A stretch of 64,000 bases of DNA from contig JAZOMO010000031.1 of assembly GCA_045654025.1 (NCBI GenBank), positions 27,173 through 91,172 on the forward strand, in the 5' to 3' direction. The notes beneath the pieces were generated by a model. The model saw only the letters and a list, made by a program, of their open reading frames with translations, was not told the DNA's origin and made no database searches. This document shows positions 46,642-55,236 of this stretch, one piece after another; within the stretch, counting starts at the first letter, position 1; every line of letters begins with the position of its first letter. Made by a program: the position numbers and the translations under genes. The stretch is from Candidatus Scatosoma sp. GTDB lineage: Bacteria > Bacillota > Clostridia > Christensenellales > Borkfalkiaceae.

Positions 46642-49079
46642 TAGCGCAATTCAATCCCCAGCTTAAATTTCAGGTTACCCAAAATCTTCTTCACAAACCC
46701 GTCAAGGTTTTCAGGCGTGAACGCCTTTTCTGCCTGCGCGTCGGGCGTAAAGGTCAGCGTGAACGCCATACTCTTTTTGCCTTCGGGCAGCTGTCCGCCA
46801 CGGTATACGTCAAAGAGAGTCGCCTTCGTCAAATACTTGCACGAATGGAGTAGCACCTCTTCGATTTCGCCACAGGTCAGTTTCTCATCGACAATCAACG
46901 CAAGGTCGCGTTGCATTGCAGGGAATTTAGGCAGGTTGGTATAGCGGATACCGTCGTCCATTTCTTCGGACAGAGCGCAAAGATCCAACTCACCAAGGTA
47001 CACCTTCTTATCCAAGCCAAGGGACAACGCAATCGCAGGGTCAAGCTCCCCGATTTCACCCACCACCGTCTTGCCAAGCAATACGCTTGCGGAAACGCCG
47101 GGGTGCAGATAAGGCTTCTGCGCGCGTTCGTAGGTCAAAGGCAGGTGGAAAGTTTCCGCCAAAGCTTCAACCGTACCCTTAATATCAAAGAAATCACACT
47201 TCGCGCCCCAGATTGCAAACACAAGGTGTTTGCGTTCCTCGGGCTGTTCGCTTGCCGCCGTGTTGCGAGGCAGGTAGATGTTTGCAATCTCGAATTCTCT
47301 GCCCTCGTCGTTGCCTCTGCGGATATTGCGTACTGCGTTTCCGAGCATCGAAGGCGCAAGGAAGGTACGCATAATCGACAATTCCTCGCTGATGGGGTTG
47401 AGAATACGCACCGCGTTTCTCTCCGCTCCGTCTTCGGGAATACGCATCAAGTCTAAATCCTTAGGGGAATAGAAGGAATAGTTGTACGCCTCGTAATAGC
47501 CCTGCGTTTTCATCAAGGTCTTTACGTGCATTTCCTTCTTCTGCTCATCCGTCAAACCACCGCCCGTCACCGATGCCTTTTCCAAGAACGTGGGCACAAG
47601 GTGGTCATAGCCGTACATACGGATAATTTCTTCCGCAAGGTCAGGATAGCCGTCCACGTCGTCACGGTAGCCAGGAACAACCACCGTCAAGGTATCGCCG
47701 TCAATCTCAGGACGGAATTGGAGTCTCGACAGAATTGCCAAAATTTCATCGTTCGGTACTTCGATCCCCAGTAAAGCGTTGATTTTCGCCACGCTTGCGG
47801 TCATCGTGCGTTCGGTCAAGTCCGCCGCGCAAACGTCCGCGCAAACGTCGGTGACAACGCCACAGCCAAGCTCCTCAATGAGGTGCAACGCGCGCGCCAT
47901 ACCAAAGCCGTTCGTATACGCATCCACGCCCTTTTCGAAACGGGAAGAGGAGTCGGAGGATTGCCCCAGCGCTCTTGCCGTCTTTCTGACGCTGTCGCGC
48001 GCAAACTTTGCCGATTCAAAGTAGACGTTTTTCGTGCTGTCTTTAATTTCGCTGTTTAAGCCACCCATAATCCCTGCCAGCGCAACGGGTTTATTGCCGT
48101 CGCAGATGACGAGGTTTTCGGGATTTAAAGTAAATTCCTTTTCGTCCAGCGTGATAATCTTTTCGCCTTCGGTCGCCCGTCTTACGACGATTTTTCTGCC
48201 GCCGATCTCGTCCGCATCAAAGGCGTGCATCGGCTGACCGATTTCCAAAAGTACGAAGTTCGTAATATCGACGATAGGCGAAATCGAACGGATACCCGAC
48301 AGCGCCAAACGCTTACGCATCCAAGCAGGGGTCCTACCGCCCTGCACATTCTCTACGTAATGCCCTACGTAGCGGGGACAAAGGTCGGGCGCAAGCACCT
48401 CTACCGTGATGGGAGCCGCACTCGTTTTCTGCGCCGTAAAGGAAATATCAGGAGCTTTCAAGGGTTTACAAAGCACCGCCGCTACTTCGCGCGCGATACC
48501 CAAAACGCTCTGACAATCGGGGCGGTTTGCCGTAATGGAAATATCAAAAATCCAGTCGTCCAAACCAACGATTTTCTTAATATCCTCGCCCACGGGCGCA
48601 TCCTTTGCAAGGTCAAGCAAGCCGTTGACTTCCGCTCCTTCGTAATAATCGTCGTTGATACCAAGCTCCTCACCAGAGCACAGCATACCGCACGATTCTA
48701 CGCCACGGAGCTTGCCTTTTTTAATCTTCTTGACCGCATCGGGGTTCTTTTCAAGCTGACGAGGGTCGCTTTCCACAACCGTCGAACCGTCCAAAGCGCA
48801 GGGCGTTTTCATGCCAACGTACACGTTGGGCGCACCCGTAACGATTTGCAATTCTCTGCCGTATTCCTCCCCGCAGTCCACAACGCAAATCTGCATATGG
48901 TCGCTGTCAGGATGAGGGGTAAGCGCCTTTACTTCACCCACCACTACACGGTTAATCTTTTCGCCAAGGTAGATAATCTCTTCCACCTCAAAACCGCAAG
49001 AGAACAGCTTTTCTGCCAGCTCCTCTGCGGAAACCTCTATATCAACGTAATCTTTTAACCAACTGAAAGGTACTTTCAT
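46641..49079 (-). CDS. pheT: Phenylalanine--tRNA ligase beta subunit
   Basis: 812 aa. Carries the N-terminal tRNA-binding OB fold, B3/4, B5 and C-terminal FDX-ACB domains expected of PheT. Confidence 0.95.
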   Translation of the reverse strand: MKVPFSWLKDYVDIEVSAEELAEKLFSCGFEVEEIIYLGEKINRVVVGEVKALTPHPDSDHMQICVVDCGEEYGRELQIVTGAPNVYVGMKTPCALDGSTVVESDPRQLEKNPDAVKKIKKGKLRGVESCGMLCSGEELGINDDYYEGAEVNGLLDLAKDAPVGEDIKKIVGLDDWIFDISITANRPDCQSVLGIAREVAAVLCKPLKAPDISFTAQKTSAAPITVEVLAPDLCPRYVGHYVENVQGGRTPAWMRKRLALSGIRSISPIVDITNFVLLEIGQPMHAFDADEIGGRKIVVRRATEGEKIITLDEKEFTLNPENLVICDGNKPVALAGIMGGLNSEIKDSTKNVYFESAKFARDSVRKTARALGQSSDSSSRFEKGVDAYTNGFGMARALHLIEELGCGVVTDVCADVCAADLTERTMTASVAKINALLGIEVPNDEILAILSRLQFRPEIDGDTLTVVVPGYRDDVDGYPDLAEEIIRMYGYDHLVPTFLEKASVTGGGLTDEQKKEMHVKTLMKTQGYYEAYNYSFYSPKDLDLMRIPEDGAERNAVRILNPISEELSIMRTFLAPSMLGNAVRNIRRGNDEGREFEIANIYLPRNTAASEQPEERKHLVFAIWGAKCDFFDIKGTVEALAETFHLPLTYERAQKPYLHPGVSASVLLGKTVVGEIGELDPAIALSLGLDKKVYLGELDLCALSEEMDDGIRYTNLPKFPAMQRDLALIVDEKLTCGEIEEVLLHSCKYLTKATLFDVYRGGQLPEGKKSMAFTLTFTPDAQAEKAFTPENLDGFVKKILGNLKFKLGIELR

Positions 49080-49150
49080 GTTTTTCTCCTAATTTTGTTT
49101 ATCGAATTCAAAGTATGCGTCGCCCTTAAACGGCGCAGTATATCCGTCGT

Positions 49151-50164
49151 TTAATCTTCAAACTGAGAAATGAAACGTAAATCGTTTTCAAACAAAGTCT
49201 TAATGTTATTGATACCGTACTTGAGCATCGCGATACGCTCGATACCCATACCGAACGCAAAGCCCGTGTAGACGTCGGGGTCAACGCCGCAGTTTTCAAG
49301 AACGTGGCGGTTTACCATACCTGCGCCCAACACTTCAATCCAGCCCGTGCCCTTGCAAAGACGACAGCCCTTGCCGCCACACTCCGAGCAGGAAAGGTCT
49401 ACCTCTACGCTCGGTTCCGTGAACGGGAAGTAGGACGGGCGCAAGCGTACCTTCGTGGACGAAGTGAACATCTTTCTTGCAAATTCACCCAACATACCCT
49501 GCAGGTCGCAGAGGGTGATACCCTTATCGACTACCAAGCCTTCCATTTGGTGGAACATAGGCGAATGGGTAGCGTCGTCGTCCGAACGGAACACTCTACC
49601 GGGCGAAAGGATTTTAATGGGCGGCTGCCCCTTTTCCATAACACGGATTTGCCCCGCCGAGGTCTGCGTTCTTAAGAGCAGGTTTTCCGCCAAATAGAAG
49701 GTATCCTGCATATCTCTTGCAGGGTGGTCCTTCGGGGTATTCAAAGCCGTGAAGTTGTAATAATCAGTTTCGATTTCAGGTCCTTCAAACACCTTAAAGC
49801 CCATACCAGCGAAGATGTCGATGAGCTCGTTTTTCACCATCGTGATGGGGTGCAAAGCCCCTGCGTGGTATTTCTTACCGGGCATGGAAATATCAATACG
49901 CTCCGCGGCGTATTTTTGTTGCATTTCCTTTTCCTTTACGACCACAGCGCGCGCCTCAAAAGCCGCCTCCATGCTCTGTTTAAATTCGTTGACAATTTTC
50001 CCAAAGACGGGTTTTTCTTCCTTAGGCAAATCCTTCATACCTGCCATCACCGTCTTCAATTCCTGTTGGAATTTTACTTTCAGCTCGTAGAGCGCTCTAC
50101 CACTCTCCGTGCCTTCCATCGCCGCCAAAATTTCAGCGCGCAACGCATTGATTTTTTCCTGCAT
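49151..50164 (-). CDS. pheS: Phenylalanine--tRNA ligase alpha subunit
   Basis: Start re-set to the ATG at 50164 (GGAGG upstream). Class II motifs FPFTEPS and GAGMV. Confidence 0.95.
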   Translation of the reverse strand: MQEKINALRAEILAAMEGTESGRALYELKVKFQQELKTVMAGMKDLPKEEKPVFGKIVNEFKQSMEAAFEARAVVVKEKEMQQKYAAERIDISMPGKKYHAGALHPITMVKNELIDIFAGMGFKVFEGPEIETDYYNFTALNTPKDHPARDMQDTFYLAENLLLRTQTSAGQIRVMEKGQPPIKILSPGRVFRSDDDATHSPMFHQMEGLVVDKGITLCDLQGMLGEFARKMFTSSTKVRLRPSYFPFTEPSVEVDLSCSECGGKGCRLCKGTGWIEVLGAGMVNRHVLENCGVDPDVYTGFAFGMGIERIAMLKYGINNIKTLFENDLRFISQFED

Positions 50165-50319
50165 ATGTTTTCTTCCTCCGAAGTTTTTTACATGATATAT
50201 ATTTTCGTCATAAAATACAAGCAAGACAAGGAGAACGAGGCTTTCCCGACGGGATATTTACAGAAGTAAATGAGTGAGGGAAAACGCAAGTCCGACGAAG
50301 TATCGCGCCGTATTTTATA

Positions 50320-50575
50320 GAAAAAACGCCCTGTGTGCCAAAAGACACACAGGGCGACCTTGTATCGCTGTACCACCTGTATTCGCAAGGCTTTACGCCC
50401 TGCCTCATTTTTCGCTTTCACGCGCGAACCACGGCAACGGCTACTGCTATTTCACCGTCACAGCTCCCAAGCGAAACGGCAATTTTTCTTCGCTTTGCGC
50501 CTTTCAGCCCACGGACGCAATCTCTGGAAAACGAATATACGAAAAACGCCAACTTGTTCTCAGCCTTTATCTATT
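50320..50575 (-). promoter_or_regulatory. T-box riboswitch leader of pheST (Phe specifier inferred)
   Basis: On the minus strand: an AGAGA motif early in the leader and the T-box sequence GGTGGTACAGCG (plus 50366-50377). The terminator follows: GCCCTGTGTGTC..GGCACACAGGGC plus a U-tract (50320-50356). A candidate UUC-G specifier lies near 50473-50475. Confidence 0.8.
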
Positions 50576-50581
50576 GATAAA

Positions 50582-50610
50582 ATTATACTCGTTTTCTTTT
50601 GATTTGTCAA
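50582..50610 (-). promoter_or_regulatory. Consensus sigma-A promoter of the pheST T-box leader
   Basis: On the minus strand: TTGACA (50605-50610), 17-nt spacer, TATAAT (50582-50587). Confidence 0.6.
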
Positions 50611-50634
50611 TCGTTTTACAGCATTTACTCAATT

Positions 50635-51282
50635 TTATTTTGATTTCAGCTCTTCCAAAATCGCCTGCAACAACACGGTATTTGCCATTTCTTTTTCTTC
50701 GGCAAGCCGAGCCGCCTCTGCCGCCGCTTTTGCTTCTTCCGCCGCCTTTACTGCCTTTGCTTCTTCCGCCTCCTTCTGCGCCACCGCTACTCTTACCGCG
50801 TAAATTTCCAAAGCTTGCTTTTTGCTTACCTTCTGTTCTTTACGGATAGCGCGCACGGCCTTTCTCAACTGACGCTTGTTCGCCGCCTCACCTTCCACCA
50901 GCTCCTTCGCCTCGTTCAAGCGGTTGATAATCTTTACGATAGTAAACAGCACGAAGGCAATCAATAAGAAGTTGATGATAGAGCTAATAAACGCGCCCCA
51001 GTCAATATAAATCGAGTTTGCAAGGTCGACCGTAACACCGTCTTCTAAATACGCAGGTTCACCCAAAATCGTCACAGCGCCTTTCAAGGCATTCCCGCCT
51101 AAAACCATTGCAATCAGCCAGTTGATAAACGGCTTTAAGATATAATTCGACAAACCGTTGACAATCCCTGTGAACGCGCCACCGACGATAACACCGACGG
51201 ACATATCGAGAACGTTGCCACGGGTGATAAATTTCTTAAATTCCTCAAAAAAACCAGTAATTGCCTTAAATCTCTTTTTCAT
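50635..51282 (-). CDS. mscL: Large-conductance mechanosensitive channel MscL with a long charged insert
   Basis: 215 aa. FKKFITRGNVLDMSVGVIVGGAF signature, two TM helices and a canonical C-terminal helix NTVLLQAILEEL. An insert of about 70 aa rich in Ala/Lys/Glu separates TM2 from that helix. Confidence 0.85.
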   Translation of the reverse strand: MKKRFKAITGFFEEFKKFITRGNVLDMSVGVIVGGAFTGIVNGLSNYILKPFINWLIAMVLGGNALKGAVTILGEPAYLEDGVTVDLANSIYIDWGAFISSIINFLLIAFVLFTIVKIINRLNEAKELVEGEAANKRQLRKAVRAIRKEQKVSKKQALEIYAVRVAVAQKEAEEAKAVKAAEEAKAAAEAARLAEEKEMANTVLLQAILEELKSK

Positions 51283-51314
51283 TTTTTCATACCTTCCTTT
51301 GTTCGGTTTTCTTT

Positions 51315-51343
51315 ATTGTACTATATAAAAACCCATTCGTCAA
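51315..51343 (-). promoter_or_regulatory. Putative promoter of mscL
   Basis: On the minus strand: TTGACG (51338-51343), 17-nt spacer, TACAAT (51315-51320). Confidence 0.45.
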
Positions 51344-51403
51344 TGGCTAAATGAAAAAAAGAAGGAAATCTTTTCTAATTTTTCCCTCTTCTTTTTTGAT
51401 TTT

Positions 51404-51616
51404 TCACATTTTTGGCTGTTTTTGCAACATTTCCTCTAAACGCCCCATAACTTCTAGCAAATCGGTTTCATACTCTGACAGCAAAGCCCTTGCCTCTTTC
51501 GTCTCCACGCCACCTGCCGCCCCGCGATAAACAGCCGCTAAACTCCTTTCAAAAAACAGCATATCGAACAGCGTATCCTTTTCATTCAGAGTCACTTCCC
51601 GTTTTTCCAGTTTCAT
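51404..51616 (-). CDS. Small Coat-F-like (spore coat protein F family) protein
   Basis: Start re-set to the ATG at 51616 (GGAGGTGG 7 nt upstream). LNEKDTLFDMLFFERSLAAVY..ETKEAR resembles the Coat_F pattern L.EKD.L.D.L..EK....Y. Confidence 0.45.
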   Translation of the reverse strand: MKLEKREVTLNEKDTLFDMLFFERSLAAVYRGAAGGVETKEARALLSEYETDLLEVMGRLEEMLQKQPKM

Positions 51617-51809
51617 CCGATTCCACCTCCACTTTTTCTTTGCATTCCTCGCCCAAAAGCTGGGAGAGCTTTTCTGCCCGTTCAATATGCAACTCCGCAA
51701 GTTCCTGCATCATTGCCGCAAGCTGTACATCCGTCAAAGTCCTGCTATACACGCAGGCTTTGCGTTGCGCCAAGATTTCCAACTTTTTTAGTTCCTTTAA
51801 GCCCTGCAT
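51582..51809 (-). CDS. Small helical hypothetical protein (75 aa)
   Basis: The ATG follows GAGGGGGA. Overlaps the downstream small ORF by 35 nt. I recognise no family motif. Confidence 0.4.
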   Translation of the reverse strand: MQGLKELKKLEILAQRKACVYSRTLTDVQLAAMMQELAELHIERAEKLSQLLGEECKEKVEVESDETGKTGSDSE

Positions 51810-51862
51810 ACAAAAATCCCCCTCTTACACAGCGTGCGCAAAAGGGGGAAGGTTATACCAGA

Positions 51863-52495
51863 TTATTGTTTTTTCTTCGCATAATCGCAAAGAGGCGCAA
51901 GCGGACAGACTTCGCATTCAGGCTTTTGAGAATGGCAAATCTGCCGTCCGTGATAAATCAGCTGATGATGCGCCTTTGACCAGTCCGATTTCGGCACAGC
52001 CTTCATCAGCCCCGCCTCAACCTGCTCCGGGGTCTTTCCTTTCGCCAAGCCTAAACGGTTACTGACACGAAAGACGTGGGTATCCACGGCAATCGCCGCG
52101 CCGCCAAACCAGACGGAATAGACGACGTTCGCCGTCTTTTTACCAACGCCGGCAAGGCTCATCAAATCCTCTATCGTCGAGGGGACTTCGCCTTGAAACC
52201 TATCTACAATGTCCTGCGACGCGGATAAAATATGCGCCGCTTTGTTGCGATAAAAGCCGCAGGAGAAGATATAGCGTTCCAACTGCTCCTGTGAAAGAGT
52301 CAGCATCTTTTCAGGGGTGTTGTACCCTTTGAACAGCTCCCTTGTCACAATATTGACGCGCGCGTCCGTGCATTGCGCGGAGAGCACCACCGCCACCAAC
52401 AATTCGTAGGCCGTGGTATATTCCAGCGCTGGCTTTGCATCGTAATATAAATCTTGCAAGAGGGCAAGTGCCTCTTTCTTTTCCATCGTATTCAT
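51863..52495 (-). CDS. nth: Endonuclease III
   Basis: 210 aa. HhH motif LMSLAGVGKKTAN and 4Fe-4S cluster C..C..C..C (CHSQKPECEVCPLAPLC). Confidence 0.95.
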   Translation of the reverse strand: MNTMEKKEALALLQDLYYDAKPALEYTTAYELLVAVVLSAQCTDARVNIVTRELFKGYNTPEKMLTLSQEQLERYIFSCGFYRNKAAHILSASQDIVDRFQGEVPSTIEDLMSLAGVGKKTANVVYSVWFGGAAIAVDTHVFRVSNRLGLAKGKTPEQVEAGLMKAVPKSDWSKAHHQLIYHGRQICHSQKPECEVCPLAPLCDYAKKKQ

Positions 52496-52536
52496 AGCCG
52501 CATTATACCACGCCCCCGCAAAAAACGCAAGCGTTT

Positions 52537-52797
52537 TTACAAAGGCAACGGGTACAGCACCAAGACACCTGCTTGATAGTCCATTTTATAAAAACCCTTA
52601 AAGGTCGAATATCCGCCAAGATGCAATATAGCCTTTGCGCGCGTCAGCACCCTGCCGTCAAAGCGCACGCAGAGCCCACAACCGATTCTCGCCTCTTTGG
52701 GAGCAGGCACGGTTTCACAAGGCACGCCGTATTCCATCAATTTCTGCGCAAAATCCACGCTCTGCGAGCGCGAACGAAACACCGCAAGTACCGTCAT
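52537..52797 (-). CDS. DUF3343-like putative Se/S carrier protein
   Basis: Start re-set to the ATG at 52797 (AGGAGA upstream). The pattern F.S...A...L...G.....P.P.E....CGL..RF is typical of DUF3343. Divergent from a cysteine desulfurase. Confidence 0.6.
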   Translation of the reverse strand: MTVLAVFRSRSQSVDFAQKLMEYGVPCETVPAPKEARIGCGLCVRFDGRVLTRAKAILHLGGYSTFKGFYKMDYQAGVLVLYPLPL

Positions 52798-52892
52798 TTT
52801 GTTATACTCTCCTAAAATCTTCATTTGAGTTATAATTCACTCATCTTTAGAATAGTATATTATATGCCAAATTCACAAACCGAGGTGTCTAT

Positions 52893-54014
52893 ATGATTTA
52901 TCTTGACAACGCCGCAACAGGCGGTGAGAAACCGCAAAACGTCCTTACTGCAGTACGCTCCACCTTGGAGCTTTGCGCCAACCCCGGTAGGGGCGCGCAT
53001 CGGCTAGCCGTTACCTGCTTAAACGGCGTACAAGCGTGTCGAAAAGTCCTCGCCCAGCATTTCGATTGCCCCGACCACGACCGAGTAATTTTCACCAAGA
53101 ACTGCACGGAGGCGCTGAACATCGCTCTGCAAGGCCTGCTAAAAGCAGGCGACCACGTTATCACTACTTGTTTGGAGCATAATTCCGTCCTTCGCCCCCT
53201 GTATTACTTAAACAATCATCGGGTCATCGAATACGATATTTGCCCGTTAGACGGGGGCGAAATTACGCCACAGCGCATCGCCTCACTTCTTCGCCCAAAC
53301 ACGCGAGCGGTCGTCGTCACCGCCGCATCCAACGTCACGGGATATTCCCCCGACCTTATCCAAATACGCAAGCTGTTGCCTGACAGCGTACTACTGATTT
53401 GCGATGGAGCGCAAGGCGGCGGGCACCTGCCTTTGAAAATGTACGCCATGGGCATCGATGCCCTGTGCCTCGCGGGTCATAAGGGGTTATACGGCATCCA
53501 AGGTAGCGGTGCTTTGTTGCTGTCCGAACGCGCCAACCCCACCCCGCTTTTGTTTGGAGGCACCGGGTCAATGAGTTATGCCAAAGAGATGCCCGACTTT
53601 CTGCCCGACACCTTAGAGGCAGGCACGCTGAACTATCCTGCTATCCTCTCCCTCTTTGAGGGAGTAAACTACCTGACCGTACACCAAGAAGAGATTGCCG
53701 AGAAATTAAAACGGTTGAGTAGCACGCTGATACGAGGCTTGAAAAAGTTGCCCGAAATACGGGTGTATTCTCAGCCAAACCCCTGCGGTATCGTGGCTTT
53801 TTCGCACCGAAAACACCCCTCGGAATATCTGTCCATGCTACTGTCCAAAAAATACGATATTGCCACCCGTGGGGGCTTGCATTGTGCGCCCCTCGCACAC
53901 GAGGCGTTGGGTACGAGCGGCGACGGATTGCTTCGCGTTTCCTTTGGCAACCAAAACAGCGAAAAGGATGTAGAAACACTCTTATCCGCCCTGCAAGCGG
54001 TATGCAAGGACTGA
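52893..54014 (+). CDS. Class-V aminotransferase-fold cysteine desulfurase / selenocysteine lyase-like enzyme
   Basis: 373 aa. PLP-lysine motif AGHKGLYG and a group-II-like catalytic Cys loop RGGLHCAPLA. Confidence 0.85.
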   Translation: MIYLDNAATGGEKPQNVLTAVRSTLELCANPGRGAHRLAVTCLNGVQACRKVLAQHFDCPDHDRVIFTKNCTEALNIALQGLLKAGDHVITTCLEHNSVLRPLYYLNNHRVIEYDICPLDGGEITPQRIASLLRPNTRAVVVTAASNVTGYSPDLIQIRKLLPDSVLLICDGAQGGGHLPLKMYAMGIDALCLAGHKGLYGIQGSGALLLSERANPTPLLFGGTGSMSYAKEMPDFLPDTLEAGTLNYPAILSLFEGVNYLTVHQEEIAEKLKRLSSTLIRGLKKLPEIRVYSQPNPCGIVAFSHRKHPSEYLSMLLSKKYDIATRGGLHCAPLAHEALGTSGDGLLRVSFGNQNSEKDVETLLSALQAVCKD

Positions 54015-54039
54015 CCTTACAGACCTTATAACAGCCCCC

Positions 54040-54309
54040 TTATATATCCTTTAAGCGTTGCACAACCCCTTCTAGCTGACTTCTCTGCCCTTCGTCGAGC
54101 ATGGGCGCGAACTGCGTATAAAACTCGTCAATCTCCGCATTTGTCAGCGTACCTGCGCGCTTAGATTTTTCCGCCTCGGACAAAATCTGCATCCAGATGC
54201 CTGCGCCGCTTTTGCCATCGTACGCCGCCGCAATCTTCTTGGTCAGCTCGGTTGCCGATTGTTCCGTATCCTCTTGTTTTCCCTGCGTATAGGTGCGTAA
54301 ATTTTTCAT
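54040..54309 (-). CDS. Hypothetical small protein (89 aa)
   Basis: Start re-set to the ATG at 54309 (GGGGGA upstream). Helical and acidic. No recognisable motif. Confidence 0.5.
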   Translation of the reverse strand: MKNLRTYTQGKQEDTEQSATELTKKIAAAYDGKSGAGIWMQILSEAEKSKRAGTLTNAEIDEFYTQFAPMLDEGQRSQLEGVVQRLKDI

Positions 54310-54386
54310 TACAAATCCCCCAAAAAAGATTTTTCTACATTCTATTCGGCCGCACGAAAAAAAGTGCCTCTGCATACAATGATAGT

Positions 54387-54719
54387 ATGGAATTGCTCGT
54401 ATTGATTATCTTGTATTACCTGTCGCAAAACCCCGAATTTGAACGCTCGGTAAAGCCGTTGCTTGGGGAGCTGAAAAACTCTGAACACGCCCTGAAATTT
54501 TTGGAAGAATTATCACAATTTTCACGGCTTTTTTCATCTTTGCAAAGCAAAGAAGAAAACAAGGTCGATAAACAAGGCGACGAACCAAAGCGGGAAGAAA
54601 CGCAAGCAAGCCCATCTTCCTCGCAGAAGGAAAAACAGTCGACCAACTCTCCCACCGCAGGAATTGCCGACGGCTTTATCGAAGAACTGCTAGCAAAATA
54701 TTTCCAAAGCGGAAAATAA
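54387..54719 (+). CDS. Hypothetical protein (110 aa), hydrophobic N-terminus and Ser/Lys/Glu-rich middle
   Basis: ATG at 54387 within the 54252..54719 ORF. Weak RBS. Followed directly by a terminator. Confidence 0.4.
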   Translation: MELLVLIILYYLSQNPEFERSVKPLLGELKNSEHALKFLEELSQFSRLFSSLQSKEENKVDKQGDEPKREETQASPSSSQKEKQSTNSPTAGIADGFIEELLAKYFQSGK

Positions 54720-54745
54720 AAAAGAGCCAAAATGGCTCTTTTTAC
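54717..54745. terminator. Bidirectional intrinsic terminator
   Basis: AGAGCC (54723-54728) pairs with GGCTCT (54734-54739), with A-run and T-run flanks. It abuts the stop of the transposase-like gene. Confidence 0.7.
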
Positions 54746-55233
54746 TTTTTACACAATTCATCTAATTCCCATTTTAAAGGATTTTCTTCAATATACCGCA
54801 TATGCTCTTCGTAATCCTGCTCATTTCTGATAACGTGATCATAATAGGATTTTTGCCAAATAGAAAATCCCACCGCTTTTGAAACAACTCCCTTCAGTTG
54901 CTTAACAATGCGAGGTATTGTAGGGGCGACCATTGGTCGTCCGCCTTCCGTTTGACGAATGGATACAAGCAGATGAATATGGTTTGGCATAATCACGTAT
55001 TTTTCCAAAAATACAGACGGATAAATTTGTGGAATACAAAGAATCGCCCCTTCAACAATTTTGCCATACTTAGAAAGCGCAATTTCTTGCGGGCGACCAT
55101 TGGTCGCCCCTACGTTATCCCAAAGCAACGCCTTTCTCTCTAAAGTACACACCGTCAAAAAATACATTCCTGCGGTACTATAATCATACCATTGCAAACG
55201 GTTTCTTTTTCGAATAGGAAGTTTCTTTTCCAT
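54742..55233 (-). CDS. IS200/IS605-family Y1 (HUH) transposase-like protein, RAYT-like, apparently without element ends
   Basis: 163 aa. HUH motif YVIMPNHIHLL and catalytic-Tyr region QKSYYDHVIR. Lies 3 nt after the upstream SDR gene. The terminator overlaps its stop codon, which leaves no room for IS ends. Confidence 0.75.
   Translation of the reverse strand: MEKKLPIRKRNRLQWYDYSTAGMYFLTVCTLERKALLWDNVGATNGRPQEIALSKYGKIVEGAILCIPQIYPSVFLEKYVIMPNHIHLLVSIRQTEGGRPMVAPTIPRIVKQLKGVVSKAVGFSIWQKSYYDHVIRNEQDYEEHMRYIEENPLKWELDELCKK
54924..54942. repeat. Palindrome copy 1 (GGGCGACCATTGGTCGTCC) inside the transposase-like gene
   Basis: Read directly. It shares the 16-mer GGGCGACCATTGGTCG with copy 2. 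Arms of 9 bp have one mismatch. Encodes GRPMVAP. Confidence 0.8.
55091..55109. repeat. Palindrome copy 2 (GGGCGACCATTGGTCGCCC) inside the transposase-like gene
   Basis: Read directly. Perfect 9-bp arms around a single central base. Encodes GATNGRP, in a different reading frame from copy 1. Confidence 0.8.
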
Positions 55234-55236
55234 TTT

